A DNA stretch of 64,000 nt, from contig LDXQ01000003.1 of assembly GCA_001443485.1 (NCBI GenBank), positions 20,473-84,472 of the forward strand, read 5' to 3'. This DNA comes from Candidatus Sysuimicrobiota bacterium CSP1-3 (GTDB lineage Bacteria > Sysuimicrobiota > Sysuimicrobiia > Sysuimicrobiales > Humicultoraceae). This document shows, in pieces, positions 18,590 to 27,829 of this stretch. The notes under the pieces were generated by a model. It worked only from the letters and a program-made list of their open reading frames with translations, ran no database searches and was not told the DNA's origin. Every line of letters begins with the position of its first letter. The stretch's first letter is position 1. The position numbers and the translations under genes were made by a program.

Positions 18590-19243
18590 ATGATGCCCGA
18601 GTTGCTCGACCCTCACGTCTTGCAGTATCTCGATGACCTCCTGCCGCCGCGCGACCCGCTGCTGGCCGAACTGGAGGCGCAGGCCCGGGCGGAGCGGATT
18701 CCGATCTGCGGCCCGCACGTCGGGAGCGTCCTGGCCTTGCTGATCCGTCTGGCCCGGCCCTCGCGCGTTCTCGAGGTGGGGACGGCCATCGGCTACTCTG
18801 CCATCTGGATGGGGCGGGCGCTACGCGAATACGGCGGTCAACTCCAGACCATTGAGCTCCGCCTCGAGCGCATCGAGCGAGCGCAGGCCAACCTTTCTCG
18901 CGCGGAACTCTCTGACGTGGTGGAGGTCCTGCCCGGCGCCGCGCTGGAAGTGCTCCCGGCGTTAAAAGGGACGACCTACGGCCTCACCTTCCTGGATGCG
19001 GTGAAGGCGGACTATCCGGCCTACTTCGAGCACGCGCTGTCGCTGCTGGCCGACGGCGGCCTCCTCGTCGCGGACAACGCGTTGCTCGGCGGGGAGGTCG
19101 CGCCCGGGGTTCCGGAGGGCTACTGGTCGGCCGGCGACCGCGAAGGGATCCGCCGCTACAACACGCTGGCCTTCAGCCACCCCGGCCTCGACTCGGTGGT
19201 TCTGCCCCTGCGCGACGGGCTGACCATCAGCCTGAAGCGCTAG
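18590..19243 (+). CDS. O-methyltransferase (family 3, caffeoyl-CoA OMT-like)
   Basis: VLEVGTAIGYSAIWM (motif I), plus FLDAVKADYPAYF and LLVADNALLGG. Confidence 0.85.
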   Translation: MMPELLDPHVLQYLDDLLPPRDPLLAELEAQARAERIPICGPHVGSVLALLIRLARPSRVLEVGTAIGYSAIWMGRALREYGGQLQTIELRLERIERAQANLSRAELSDVVEVLPGAALEVLPALKGTTYGLTFLDAVKADYPAYFEHALSLLADGGLLVADNALLGGEVAPGVPEGYWSAGDREGIRRYNTLAFSHPGLDSVVLPLRDGLTISLKR

Positions 19244-19269
19244 ACCGCCGCGATGGCGCGTGAACCCAG

Positions 19270-20481
19270 GTGACCGAGCGCCTCTATCTCCGCGATCCCT
19301 ACCTGCGGGAGTTTCAGGCGCGCGTGGTAGCCGCGCGGCGAGCCGAGGGGCGTCCCGGCGTCATCCTGGAGCTTGACCGGACCGCCTTTTACCCCACCTC
19401 CGGGGGCCAACTGCATGACACCGGCGTACTAGGCGACCTGCACGTGCTCGAGGTCGTGGAGGAGGACGACGCGCGGGTCGCGCACCGCGTCGACGGCGCC
19501 GGTCCGGTGGAGGCCCTCGTCGGCCGGGAGGTCAGCGGCCGCATTGACTGGGAGCGCCGCTTCGATCACATGCAGCAGCACACCGGACAGCACATCCTCT
19601 CGCAGGCCGCGCTGCGCGACCTGGGGGCGGCGACGCTGGCCGTGCACCTGGGCGCGGAGCGCTGCACCGTGGACCTCGACGTCGCGGCCTTCGGCGCCGC
19701 CGAAGCGGCGCGGGTGGAAGATGCGGCCAATGCCGTCGTCGTGGAAAACCGCCCGGTCAGCATCCACTTCGTCGATGAGGCGGAGATCGGGCGGTGGGGG
19801 CTGCGCCGGCCGCCGAAGAAGTCGGGCACCATCCGCGTCATCGACATCGAGGGCTTCGACCGCTCGGCCTGCGGCGGGACCCACGTGCGGGCCACCGGCG
19901 AGATCGGGGCGATCGCCATCATCGGGTGGGAGCGGTACAAGGACGGCACCCGCGGGGAATTCGTCTGCGGGTGGCGCGCGCTGCGGGATCACCGCTGGAA
20001 GACCAGGGCGTTCGCCGACATGAGGCGGGCGCTCTCCGTCAGCGGGCCGGAGGTCGTGGAAGTGGTAGACCGCCTGGCGGCGCGAGGGCGGGAGACTGCG
20101 CGCCGGGCGGAGGAGACCCTCCAGCGTCTCCTTGCGGCGGAAGCCGACCTGCGGCGCCGCGGCCTGACGCTGCCGGCCGTCCTCACGGAGGTCGTGACGG
20201 GACGCCAGCGGGATGAGGTACGCGGCCTGGCGCAGGCGCTGATTCGCGATGGCGGCATCGTCTCGCTGCTGGCGACCGACGACGGGCGCATCGTCTTCGC
20301 CCGCTCGGCGGACGTCCCCGTGGACGTCGCGGCGCTGCTGCGGCGGGCCGTGGAACAGTACGGCGGGCGCGGCGGGGGGAGATCCGAGTTCGCCCAGGGA
20401 ACGCTCGCTGACGGGGCGGCGGTGCAGCAGGTGCTCGAGACGGCCCGCCGCTGGGCCGAGGAGGCGCTGCGCGGTGCCTGA
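19270..20481 (+). CDS. alaX: Alanyl-tRNA editing protein (AlaX-L type)
   Basis: GTG start. It has the HTGQHIL and CGGTHV zinc/editing motifs of the AlaRS second additional domain, plus a C-terminal DHHA1-like region (GGRGGGRSEFAQG). Confidence 0.85.
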   Translation: MTERLYLRDPYLREFQARVVAARRAEGRPGVILELDRTAFYPTSGGQLHDTGVLGDLHVLEVVEEDDARVAHRVDGAGPVEALVGREVSGRIDWERRFDHMQQHTGQHILSQAALRDLGAATLAVHLGAERCTVDLDVAAFGAAEAARVEDAANAVVVENRPVSIHFVDEAEIGRWGLRRPPKKSGTIRVIDIEGFDRSACGGTHVRATGEIGAIAIIGWERYKDGTRGEFVCGWRALRDHRWKTRAFADMRRALSVSGPEVVEVVDRLAARGRETARRAEETLQRLLAAEADLRRRGLTLPAVLTEVVTGRQRDEVRGLAQALIRDGGIVSLLATDDGRIVFARSADVPVDVAALLRRAVEQYGGRGGGRSEFAQGTLADGAAVQQVLETARRWAEEALRGA

Positions 20482-21331
20482 GATTCCCTTCGTCGAGACC
20501 CTGGTGGCCAACCTGCGGCCGCGGGTCGTCGGGCGGACGATCCGCGCCGCGCACCTGCGCAGCGTCTCCCTGCTGAAGTCGGTCGACCCGCCGGTCACGG
20601 CCATCCAAGGGGCGACGATCCAGGACGTGCGGCGGCGGGGGAAACTCGCCCTCTTCGACCTCTCCGGCGCGCTGGTCATGATCATCCACCCCAAGCGCGA
20701 CGGGCGGCTGGCGATCGCCCCCTCGACGCAGCGCGCCACAAAGGACGTGGCGCTGATCCTCCAGCTCGACGGCGGTGAGGATCTCCGGCTGATGGAGTTG
20801 GGACCAAAGAAGCGTGCCGGTCTGTACGTCCGGCGGGCGGAGGAGGTTGAGCAGACCGAGCCGGTCGGCGGCCTGGGCGTAGAGCCGCTGGATGCGACGT
20901 TCACCCCGGAAGCCCTCGCCGCGATGCTCGATCAGGCCAGGATGCAGTTGAAGCGCTTCCTGGGGACGCAGCGGTATCTGGCCGGGATCGGCAACGCCTA
21001 CAGCGACGAGATCCTCTGGGAAGCGCGGCTGTCGCCCTTCGCGCCGACGCAGTCCTTGAAGGGAGAAGAGCGGTCGCGTCTCCACGCGGCGATCCGCGAG
21101 GTCCTGCAACGGTCAATCGCCGAGCATCGCGCCCACTTCGGCGACGATCTACCGATGCGCGAACCGGTGGACCTGCTGCGCGTGCACCGGCGGGCGGGCG
21201 AGGCGTGCCCCCGCTGCGGCACCCCCGTCGCCGCCGTCTACTTCAGCGAGAAGGTAACCTACTACTGTCCGGGCTGCCAGACTGGCGGCAAGGTGTATGC
21301 CGATCGCCGGCTGTCGCGTCTGCTGAAGTAG
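20474..21331 (+). CDS. Fpg/Nei family DNA glycosylase (paralog 1)
   Basis: GTG 20474 overlaps the alaX stop. The N-terminus is (M)PEIPFVE. It has the H2TH motif GIGNAYSDEILW and an intact zinc finger CPRCG...CPGCQ. Confidence 0.8.
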   Translation: MPEIPFVETLVANLRPRVVGRTIRAAHLRSVSLLKSVDPPVTAIQGATIQDVRRRGKLALFDLSGALVMIIHPKRDGRLAIAPSTQRATKDVALILQLDGGEDLRLMELGPKKRAGLYVRRAEEVEQTEPVGGLGVEPLDATFTPEALAAMLDQARMQLKRFLGTQRYLAGIGNAYSDEILWEARLSPFAPTQSLKGEERSRLHAAIREVLQRSIAEHRAHFGDDLPMREPVDLLRVHRRAGEACPRCGTPVAAVYFSEKVTYYCPGCQTGGKVYADRRLSRLLK

Positions 21332-21357
21332 GGAACCTCCGAGGGCCGGGAGGAACC

Positions 21358-22161
21358 ATGCCGGAACTGCCTGAGGTCGAGACCGCTCGGCGCACTCTCC
21401 GCCCCGTGATTGGGCGCCGCGTCGCCGGCGTCCTGGTGCTGCGGCCGCAGGCTGTGCGCACGCACTCCGCTCCGGCGCTGGCCCGTGCGCTGCGCGGCAA
21501 GAGGATACGCGGGCTGGAACGGCGGGGGAAGAACCTGCTGATTGCCCTCGACGGGCTCGTCCTGCGCTTCCACTTCAAACTTTGGGGGACCGTCCGGCTG
21601 CATCCCCATCCGCTCGTGGGGGACAAGGAGACCGCCGTCATCGTCTCGTTCACCGACGGCAGCGTCCTGGAGTTCCGCGAGCTGCAGTTAAGCGAGTTGG
21701 GGGTGCACCGCGCCGCGGAAGTGACCCGGATTCTGGCGGTGGCGGAGTTAGGTCCGGATCCGTTTGCGGCGTCATTCACGCGGACTCCCTTCGAACGGCA
21801 ACTCCGGAGGGCGCGGGGCGCCGTGAAGAACGTGCTGACCGATCAGCGCCGGTTCGCCGGCATCGGCAATCTCTGGGCCCATGAGATCCTGCACCGCGCC
21901 CGCATCGCCCCGTCCCGGCCGCTGGATTCGCTGCGCCCGGCGGAGCGGCGGGCCCTCTACAACGCGATGAGGGCGGTGCTGCGCGAGGCGGTGCGCCTGG
22001 GAGGAGAGCCCGAGTTCGTGGACGCGGACGGCCGGCAGGGCAGATTCCCCCTGGCCGTCTACGGGCGCGACGGGCAGCCCTGCCCCCGCGACGGCGCCCC
22101 CGTACGCAAGGGACGCCTGGGTGGCCGGCCGTCGTTCTGGTGCGCCACCTGTCAGCACTGA
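21358..22161 (+). CDS. Fpg/Nei family DNA glycosylase (paralog 2)
   Basis: ATG 21358 gives the canonical MPELPEVE. It has the H2TH motif GIGNLWAHEILH. The zinc finger reads CPRDG...CATCQ, with the second Cys replaced by Asp. Confidence 0.85.
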   Translation: MPELPEVETARRTLRPVIGRRVAGVLVLRPQAVRTHSAPALARALRGKRIRGLERRGKNLLIALDGLVLRFHFKLWGTVRLHPHPLVGDKETAVIVSFTDGSVLEFRELQLSELGVHRAAEVTRILAVAELGPDPFAASFTRTPFERQLRRARGAVKNVLTDQRRFAGIGNLWAHEILHRARIAPSRPLDSLRPAERRALYNAMRAVLREAVRLGGEPEFVDADGRQGRFPLAVYGRDGQPCPRDGAPVRKGRLGGRPSFWCATCQH

Positions 22162-22186
22162 TGATTCGTGCGTTCCTGCTGTGCAC

Positions 22187-23341
22187 ATGATCAACGCCGA
22201 CCGCCTCACCCGCCTCCTTGCCGATCTGGTGCGCCACAACTCCATCAACCCGGATCTGGTTTCGGGAGCGCCGGGCGAAGGCGCTATCGCGGCCTTCCTC
22301 TATGAGTACTGCCGCCGCGCCGGACTCGAGGCGGAGATCAGCGAGGTCGCGCCCGGTCGCGCCAATGTGATCGCGCGCCTGCGCGGGCGGGGCGAGAAGC
22401 CCGCCCTGCTGTTCGACGGCCACATCGACACGGTGGGCGTGGACGGGATGACCATCGACCCCTTCGATCCGGTCATCCGGGATGGGCGGCTCTACGGGCG
22501 CGGCGCCTTCGACATGAAGGGCGGGGTCGCGGCGATGGTGGAGGCCGCGGTGGCCGCCGCGGCCCAGGGACCACCGCCCGGTGACGTGGTGCTGGCGATG
22601 GTCGCGGACGAGGAGTACGCCAGTCTCGGGACGCAGGCGGTCGTCCGCGACGTGCCGGCGGGGGCGGCGATCGTCACCGAGCCCACGGCACTCAACGTCT
22701 GTGTCGCGCACAAGGGCTTCGCCTGGATCACGGTGGAGACCGCGGGCCGCGCGGCGCACGGCAGCCGGTATGAAGAGGGCGTGGACGCCATCACGCGGAT
22801 GGGTCGCGTCCTGGCGTCCCTGGAGCGTTTGGAGCGCGAGGTCTACCCGCGCCATCGTCATCCGTTGCTCGGGCGGCCGTCGGTGCACGCGTCGTTGATC
22901 GCTGGGGGCCAGGGTCTCAGCACCTACCCGGATCGCTGCCGGCTGCAGGTCGAACGGCGCACCCTCCCCACGGAGACCCCGGATGACATCGCCGCCGAGA
23001 TGGAGGCTTTGCTGGCGGGCCTCCGCCACGCGGATCCATCATTCGAGGCGTCCTGGTCGCTAACGCTCTTCCGTCCCGGCCTGGAGGTACCGCCGGAGGC
23101 GCCGGTGGTCCGCGCCGTGTGCCGGGCGGCGGCCGCGGTTCTCGGCCGGGAGCCGGCGCTGGTGGGAGAATACCCCTGGTTGGACTCGGCGCTGCTGGCC
23201 GCCGCGGGCATCCCCACAGTGATCTTCGGCCCCGCCGGTGCGGGCGCGCACGCGGCGGTCGAGTGGGTTGATCTGGCGTCGGTCGCGGCGACCGCGGAGG
23301 TGCTCGCCAGCGTGATCACGGCATGGGGGGCGGAGCGATGA
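22187..23341 (+). CDS. M20 family metallopeptidase (ArgE/DapE-like)
   Basis: Internal ATG 22187 (MINADRLTRLL). Motifs are FDGHIDTV, GRGAFDMKGG and VADEEY. Confidence 0.85.
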   Translation: MINADRLTRLLADLVRHNSINPDLVSGAPGEGAIAAFLYEYCRRAGLEAEISEVAPGRANVIARLRGRGEKPALLFDGHIDTVGVDGMTIDPFDPVIRDGRLYGRGAFDMKGGVAAMVEAAVAAAAQGPPPGDVVLAMVADEEYASLGTQAVVRDVPAGAAIVTEPTALNVCVAHKGFAWITVETAGRAAHGSRYEEGVDAITRMGRVLASLERLEREVYPRHRHPLLGRPSVHASLIAGGQGLSTYPDRCRLQVERRTLPTETPDDIAAEMEALLAGLRHADPSFEASWSLTLFRPGLEVPPEAPVVRAVCRAAAAVLGREPALVGEYPWLDSALLAAAGIPTVIFGPAGAGAHAAVEWVDLASVAATAEVLASVITAWGAER

Positions 23342-23368
23342 TTGTCGGGGTGCAGGAGTCCACTACTG

Positions 23369-23428
23369 GGTGTTGCGTTCGAAGATCCCGATGGCACCGT
23401 CCTGAAGCTGATGCGGCCGACTCCGTAA
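23369..23428 (+). pseudogene. C-terminal relic of a VOC/glyoxalase gene
   Basis: The intergenic frame reads GVAFEDPDGTVLKLMRPTP and then a stop. This matches the conserved C-terminal strand of VOC proteins (F-x-DPDG-x-x-x-E/K-L). No N-terminal part is present. Confidence 0.35.
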
Positions 23429-23431
23429 CCG

Positions 23432-24286
23432 ATGCGCATCCTGACTCTGCTCTCCGATTTCGGCGCCCGGTCACCGTACCCCGCGGCGATGAAGGCGGTC
23501 GTCGCCGCGCGCGTCGACGCACAATTCGTGGATATCAGCCATGACGTGCGGCGGCACGATGTCCGGGAGGGCGCGTTTCTCCTGGCGTCCGTCGCGCCCT
23601 TCTGCCCGACCGGCACGGTGCACCTGGCCGTGGTCGATCCGGGCGTGGGGACGGCGCGGCGGCCGCTGGTGGTGGTTGCCGGGGGACAGTGCTTCGTCGG
23701 ACCCGACAACGGCTTGCTCTTGCCGGCAGCGCACCGCCTGGGAACGCCGCAGGCCTACCACCTCCATTCCGCCGTCGGCCTCCGGTCCGCATCCACCACC
23801 TTTCACGGCCGCGACCTCTTCGCCCCCGCGGCGGCGCGACTGCTGCGGGGCGAACCAGCCGCCCGCCTCGGCCGTCCCATTGATGATCCGGTGGCTCTGA
23901 CGTGGCCCCGCGGTGAATGGCGGGGGAATGTCTTGAACGGCGAGGTGGTCTACGTCGATCCCTTCGGCAACCTGATCACGAGCATCTCGCAGGAGATCGT
24001 CCCGCGGGATACGGCCTTCACCCTGCGCACGGCACGGGGTGCACCGCGGGTACGTTTGCGTGCGACCTATGGTGGCGGGACGCCGGGCGAGCTCCTTCTG
24101 GTGTCGGGGAGTGAGGGGATGCTGGAGATCGCGGTCCGCGAAGGCGACGCGGCCGCCCGGACGGGACTGCGCGCCGGATCATCTGTGCACCTGCGGCTGA
24201 TCCCCGCGCGGCGGTCGGCCCCCGGGCGCACACGCACGGGCGCGCGACGTACGGCGGCCCGCCCGCGCCGCGGAAGAAAGGCGTAG
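23432..24286 (+). CDS. SAM hydroxide adenosyltransferase family protein (DUF62; chlorinase/fluorinase-like)
   Basis: LLSDFG, VVDPGVGT, GPDNGLL, FHGRDLFAP and DPFGNLIT are characteristic of the family. Confidence 0.85.
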   Translation: MRILTLLSDFGARSPYPAAMKAVVAARVDAQFVDISHDVRRHDVREGAFLLASVAPFCPTGTVHLAVVDPGVGTARRPLVVVAGGQCFVGPDNGLLLPAAHRLGTPQAYHLHSAVGLRSASTTFHGRDLFAPAAARLLRGEPAARLGRPIDDPVALTWPRGEWRGNVLNGEVVYVDPFGNLITSISQEIVPRDTAFTLRTARGAPRVRLRATYGGGTPGELLLVSGSEGMLEIAVREGDAAARTGLRAGSSVHLRLIPARRSAPGRTRTGARRTAARPRRGRKA

Positions 24287-24338
24287 GCGGGGTCGTTGGC
24301 GGGAATGTACAATAGGCCGGAAGCGAGGACGGCTGACG

Positions 24339-25058
24339 GTGCCTGATCTCAGTCTGACTATTGCGTTTGCCGCCGGATTGCTGGGGTTTCTCTCTCCCTG
24401 TATCGTGCCGCTGATCCCCGGGTACATCTCCTTCGTGTCCGGGCTCTCCCTGCAGGAGATGGAGGCGGCGGAGCGGCGCCAGCATGCGGGCCGCGTGCTC
24501 CTGGCGACCCTACTCTTCGTCATGGGTTTTGCCTTCATCTTTACCGCGCTGGGGGCGTCGGCCTCGCTGCTCGGCAACTTCATCCTGTCCAACCGCCTCT
24601 GGCTCAGCCGCATCGGCGGCGTCCTGGTAATCGCCCTGGGCCTGGCCGTCCTGCTGAAAGTGCCCGCGCTCTACCGGGAGCGCCGCTTCCACCTGACCCG
24701 CCGGCCGCTCGGCCTCGCCGGCGCGTTCCCCGTCGGCATGGCCTTCGGCTTTGCCTGGACGCCGTGCGTGGGCCCGGTGCTCACGGCGGTGCTGACGCTG
24801 GCGGCCCAGGAACAGAACACGCAGCGCGGGGCGCTCCTGCTGTTCACCTACGCGCTCGGGCTGGGCGTGCCCTTTCTCCTGGCGGCGCTGCTGCTCACCC
24901 TGGCCTTCGACCTGTCCTGGCTGCGCCGCTACAGCCGGCCGATCACGGCCGTCAGCGGCGTCTTCCTGGTCGTCATGGGCGTCGCCCTGGTGACCGACGC
25001 GCTGTTCACCCTGAACACCTGGATCCTGCGCCTGTTTCCCTTCCGGCCGGCGCTCTAG
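24339..25058 (+). CDS. ccdA: Cytochrome c biogenesis / thiol-disulfide transporter CcdA (DsbD family)
   Basis: GTG start. It has LSPCIVPLIPGY and a second conserved Cys (WTPCVGPVL), with six transmembrane helices. Confidence 0.9.
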   Translation: MPDLSLTIAFAAGLLGFLSPCIVPLIPGYISFVSGLSLQEMEAAERRQHAGRVLLATLLFVMGFAFIFTALGASASLLGNFILSNRLWLSRIGGVLVIALGLAVLLKVPALYRERRFHLTRRPLGLAGAFPVGMAFGFAWTPCVGPVLTAVLTLAAQEQNTQRGALLLFTYALGLGVPFLLAALLLTLAFDLSWLRRYSRPITAVSGVFLVVMGVALVTDALFTLNTWILRLFPFRPAL

Positions 25059-25113
25059 CCGCCGGATCGCTGACCTGCCGCCGGATCTCAGGTCTGCCGC
25101 TGGAGGAGTGGTG

Positions 25114-26484
25114 ATGACACTCGCCGGGAAATTGCGACACTTCCTGCTGCTGGCGATCCTGGTCACGGTCGCCACCCTGCCGGCGGCCACGCGTGCGGCC
25201 AACGCCGACGCCGGCCTGGTGCTGGAAGCGATCCAGGTGCTGGATGAGGAGTACGTCGATCAGGCGCTGGTGGAGCGCGTGCGGCTCCTCAACGTGGCGC
25301 TGGATGGAATCAAGGCGAGCCTGAGCGCCGCCGGCGTGCCGGCGAAGTTCGCGCCGCTCGCTTCCGGGACACCCCCGGTCGAGGCGGACAGGATCTTCCG
25401 TGCCGCGTTCGACGCGGCCCTCACCGCCGCCGCGGGCAAGGTCTCGCCGCGGGAGCTCGCCTATGGCGCGATCATCGCGCTCACCAATTCGCTCAACGAT
25501 TCCCACACCGGATTTCTCACCCCGGAGCAGTATCGTGAGCGGATCGCCCGGCAGCGCCAGCAAGCGGGCTTCGCCGGTGTGGGGATGGTCGTGCTGCCCA
25601 AGGACGGACGCTTCTTCGTCTGGCAGGTCATCCCCCGCAGCCCCGCGGAGCGCCTGGGGGTGCGACCGTTCGACCGCATCGTCCGCGTGAACGATACCCC
25701 CACCGGCGGCATGACCTCCGAGCAGGTGGTCTCCATGATCCGCGGCCCGGCGCGGACCGCGGTAACGGTCACCTTTGAGCGCATCGGCCGCAGTGGCCCC
25801 TTCGCCCTGACGATCACGCGGGCCCCGATCGTGGTGCCACCCATCTTCGCCGCCCGCATGGTCGAGCCGGGGATCGGCTACATCTACCTGTACGAATTCA
25901 CCCAGGGATCGGCGCGGGAACTTCGCGGCGCCATCCAGCAACTGCTGGGCCAGGGGATGCGCGCGCTGGTGCTCGATCTGCGCGGCGACATCGGCGGCTT
26001 TCTCCACGAACTGCGGGACGTCATGAACCTCCTGCTGCCCCGCGGGGCGGCGGTCTACCAGTTGGTCACCAGCCGGGGGACGGAGGTCGTACGCACCGAG
26101 CGCAACCCCAGCCTCCCGGCGTCGATGCCGCTCGTGGTGCTGGTGAATGAAGGAACGGCGTCGGCTTCAGAGCTGCTGGCGGCGGCCCTGGTCGAGCACC
26201 AGCGGGGGTCGCTGGTGGGGGTCAAGACCGCCGGCGCGGTGGAGGCCAGCACGCTGCTGGAACTCTCCGACGGCTCCGCGCTCAGCGTGACCATCCGCCG
26301 GCTGACCAGCGGGAAGGGGAAGCGGCTCGAGGGCACGGGGGTCACGCCGGCCATCGTCCTGGACCTCTCTTCGGAGGATTTCTTGCAGGGCCGCGATGCG
26401 CAACTGGCGCGAGGCGTGCAGATGGCGCGCCAGAAACTGTCGCGCCCCGCCGCCTCGCCCTCGCCCGTACCGACGACTCGTTAG
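25114..26484 (+). CDS. S41 family C-terminal processing peptidase with PDZ domain
   Basis: ATG 25114 follows GGAGGAG. It has a signal anchor, a PDZ domain (FAGVGMVV...VIPRSPAE) and the S41 core (LDLRGDIGG, NEGTASASELLA). Confidence 0.85.
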   Translation: MTLAGKLRHFLLLAILVTVATLPAATRAANADAGLVLEAIQVLDEEYVDQALVERVRLLNVALDGIKASLSAAGVPAKFAPLASGTPPVEADRIFRAAFDAALTAAAGKVSPRELAYGAIIALTNSLNDSHTGFLTPEQYRERIARQRQQAGFAGVGMVVLPKDGRFFVWQVIPRSPAERLGVRPFDRIVRVNDTPTGGMTSEQVVSMIRGPARTAVTVTFERIGRSGPFALTITRAPIVVPPIFAARMVEPGIGYIYLYEFTQGSARELRGAIQQLLGQGMRALVLDLRGDIGGFLHELRDVMNLLLPRGAAVYQLVTSRGTEVVRTERNPSLPASMPLVVLVNEGTASASELLAAALVEHQRGSLVGVKTAGAVEASTLLELSDGSALSVTIRRLTSGKGKRLEGTGVTPAIVLDLSSEDFLQGRDAQLARGVQMARQKLSRPAASPSPVPTTR

Positions 26485-26604
26485 CGTCGAGACCCGCGGC
26501 TGGCCCCCGCCTAATCCGGCCGGCTACGCAGGCGCCTCCCCGGTTCGCGGAGAACCCTTCTATAGAAATACGCCGTCCCCACTCCCGCACCGTTGGGGTT
26601 TCCC

Positions 26605-27798
26605 ATGCCGATCGACGCTCCGGCGCTCGCCGACGAAATCGAACGCCAGCGACCGTCGCTGGTGGGCCTTCTCGCCTCGCTGGTCCGCACCGACACGACG
26701 AATCCTCCGGGCGACACGCGGCGCGCCGTCGACCTGATCGGCGCGCGCTTCCGGAAACTCGGAGTAGACTTTCAGATCCTGGCCGACGATCCGAAGAAAC
26801 CGAACCTGCTTTTGCGGTTGGGGTCCGGCCGGCCAGAACTACTCTTCAACACCCACATGGACACGGTGCCGCCGGGCGACCGCACAACCTGGCGCCACGA
26901 TCCACTCGGCGCGCAGATCGAGGGGACCCGCCTCTTCGGCCGGGGCGCAGCCGACCCCAAAGGGTGCGTCGCGGCGATGGTGGTCGCCGTGGAGACGCTG
27001 GTCCGGCTGAGGGTTTCGCTCGGCGGTTCGCTCCTGCTCACCCTGGTGAGCGATGAGGAGGTCGGCGGGGCGAAGGGGACCGAGATGCTGGTGCAGCGCG
27101 GCCTGCTGCGTCCCGATCAGGTCATCATCGGTGAGGTTACGCACAACCGCATCGCCATCGCGGAGAAGGGCCTCCTCTGGGTCCGCCTGGTCACGCGCGG
27201 GCGTACCGCCCACGGGTCCACCCCGTGGAAAGGCGTGAACGCCGTCCGCTCCATGGTGAAAGTGCTGGCGGCGCTGGAGGCGGAGATTGGGGCTCGCCTG
27301 CGGCAGCAGACCCATCCCCTGACCCCGCCCCCCTCGCTCAGCATCGGTACGATCACGGGTGGCATCGCCACCAACGTCGTGCCGGACCACTGCGAGGCGA
27401 CGATCGACCGCCGCACACTGCCACATGAGCATCCGGCCGACGCGCTGGCGGAGATCGACCGCGTGGTGGCGCGGCTCCGCGACGAAGATCCCGATCTAGA
27501 CGTGACCGTGGAATCGGTCCAGCAGGGCCCGCCCATCGAAACTGCCGCCGACGCGCCGCTCGTGCGCGCCGCCCGCGAGGTGGCGGCGGCGCTGGGGCTG
27601 GACTCGGCGCCCGCCGGCTACCAGCAGGCCAGCGACGGCCGCTTCTTCGCCGCGCGCGGGATCGATACGATGCTCTTCGGCCCCGGGATCCCCGACCTGG
27701 CGCACTCGCCCGACGAGTACGTGGACCTCGACGAGGTCACGGTGGCGGCGAAGTTCTACGCGCAGGTCGCGGCCCGCCTGCTCCGGTCGGGTCCGTGA
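26605..27798 (+). CDS. M20 family metallopeptidase (ArgE/DapE-like), third M20 in the window
   Basis: ATG 26605. Motifs are FNTHMDTV, GRGAADPKG and VSDEEVGG. Confidence 0.85.
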   Translation: MPIDAPALADEIERQRPSLVGLLASLVRTDTTNPPGDTRRAVDLIGARFRKLGVDFQILADDPKKPNLLLRLGSGRPELLFNTHMDTVPPGDRTTWRHDPLGAQIEGTRLFGRGAADPKGCVAAMVVAVETLVRLRVSLGGSLLLTLVSDEEVGGAKGTEMLVQRGLLRPDQVIIGEVTHNRIAIAEKGLLWVRLVTRGRTAHGSTPWKGVNAVRSMVKVLAALEAEIGARLRQQTHPLTPPPSLSIGTITGGIATNVVPDHCEATIDRRTLPHEHPADALAEIDRVVARLRDEDPDLDVTVESVQQGPPIETAADAPLVRAAREVAAALGLDSAPAGYQQASDGRFFAARGIDTMLFGPGIPDLAHSPDEYVDLDEVTVAAKFYAQVAARLLRSGP

Positions 27799-27829
27799 GC
27801 CCCGCGCCGCGCGCGCGAGCGTCCTGATC

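Noticed and set aside
19429-20904. 491-aa minus-strand ORF
   Set aside because: It is antisense to alaX and the first Fpg/Nei gene. It has no motifs.
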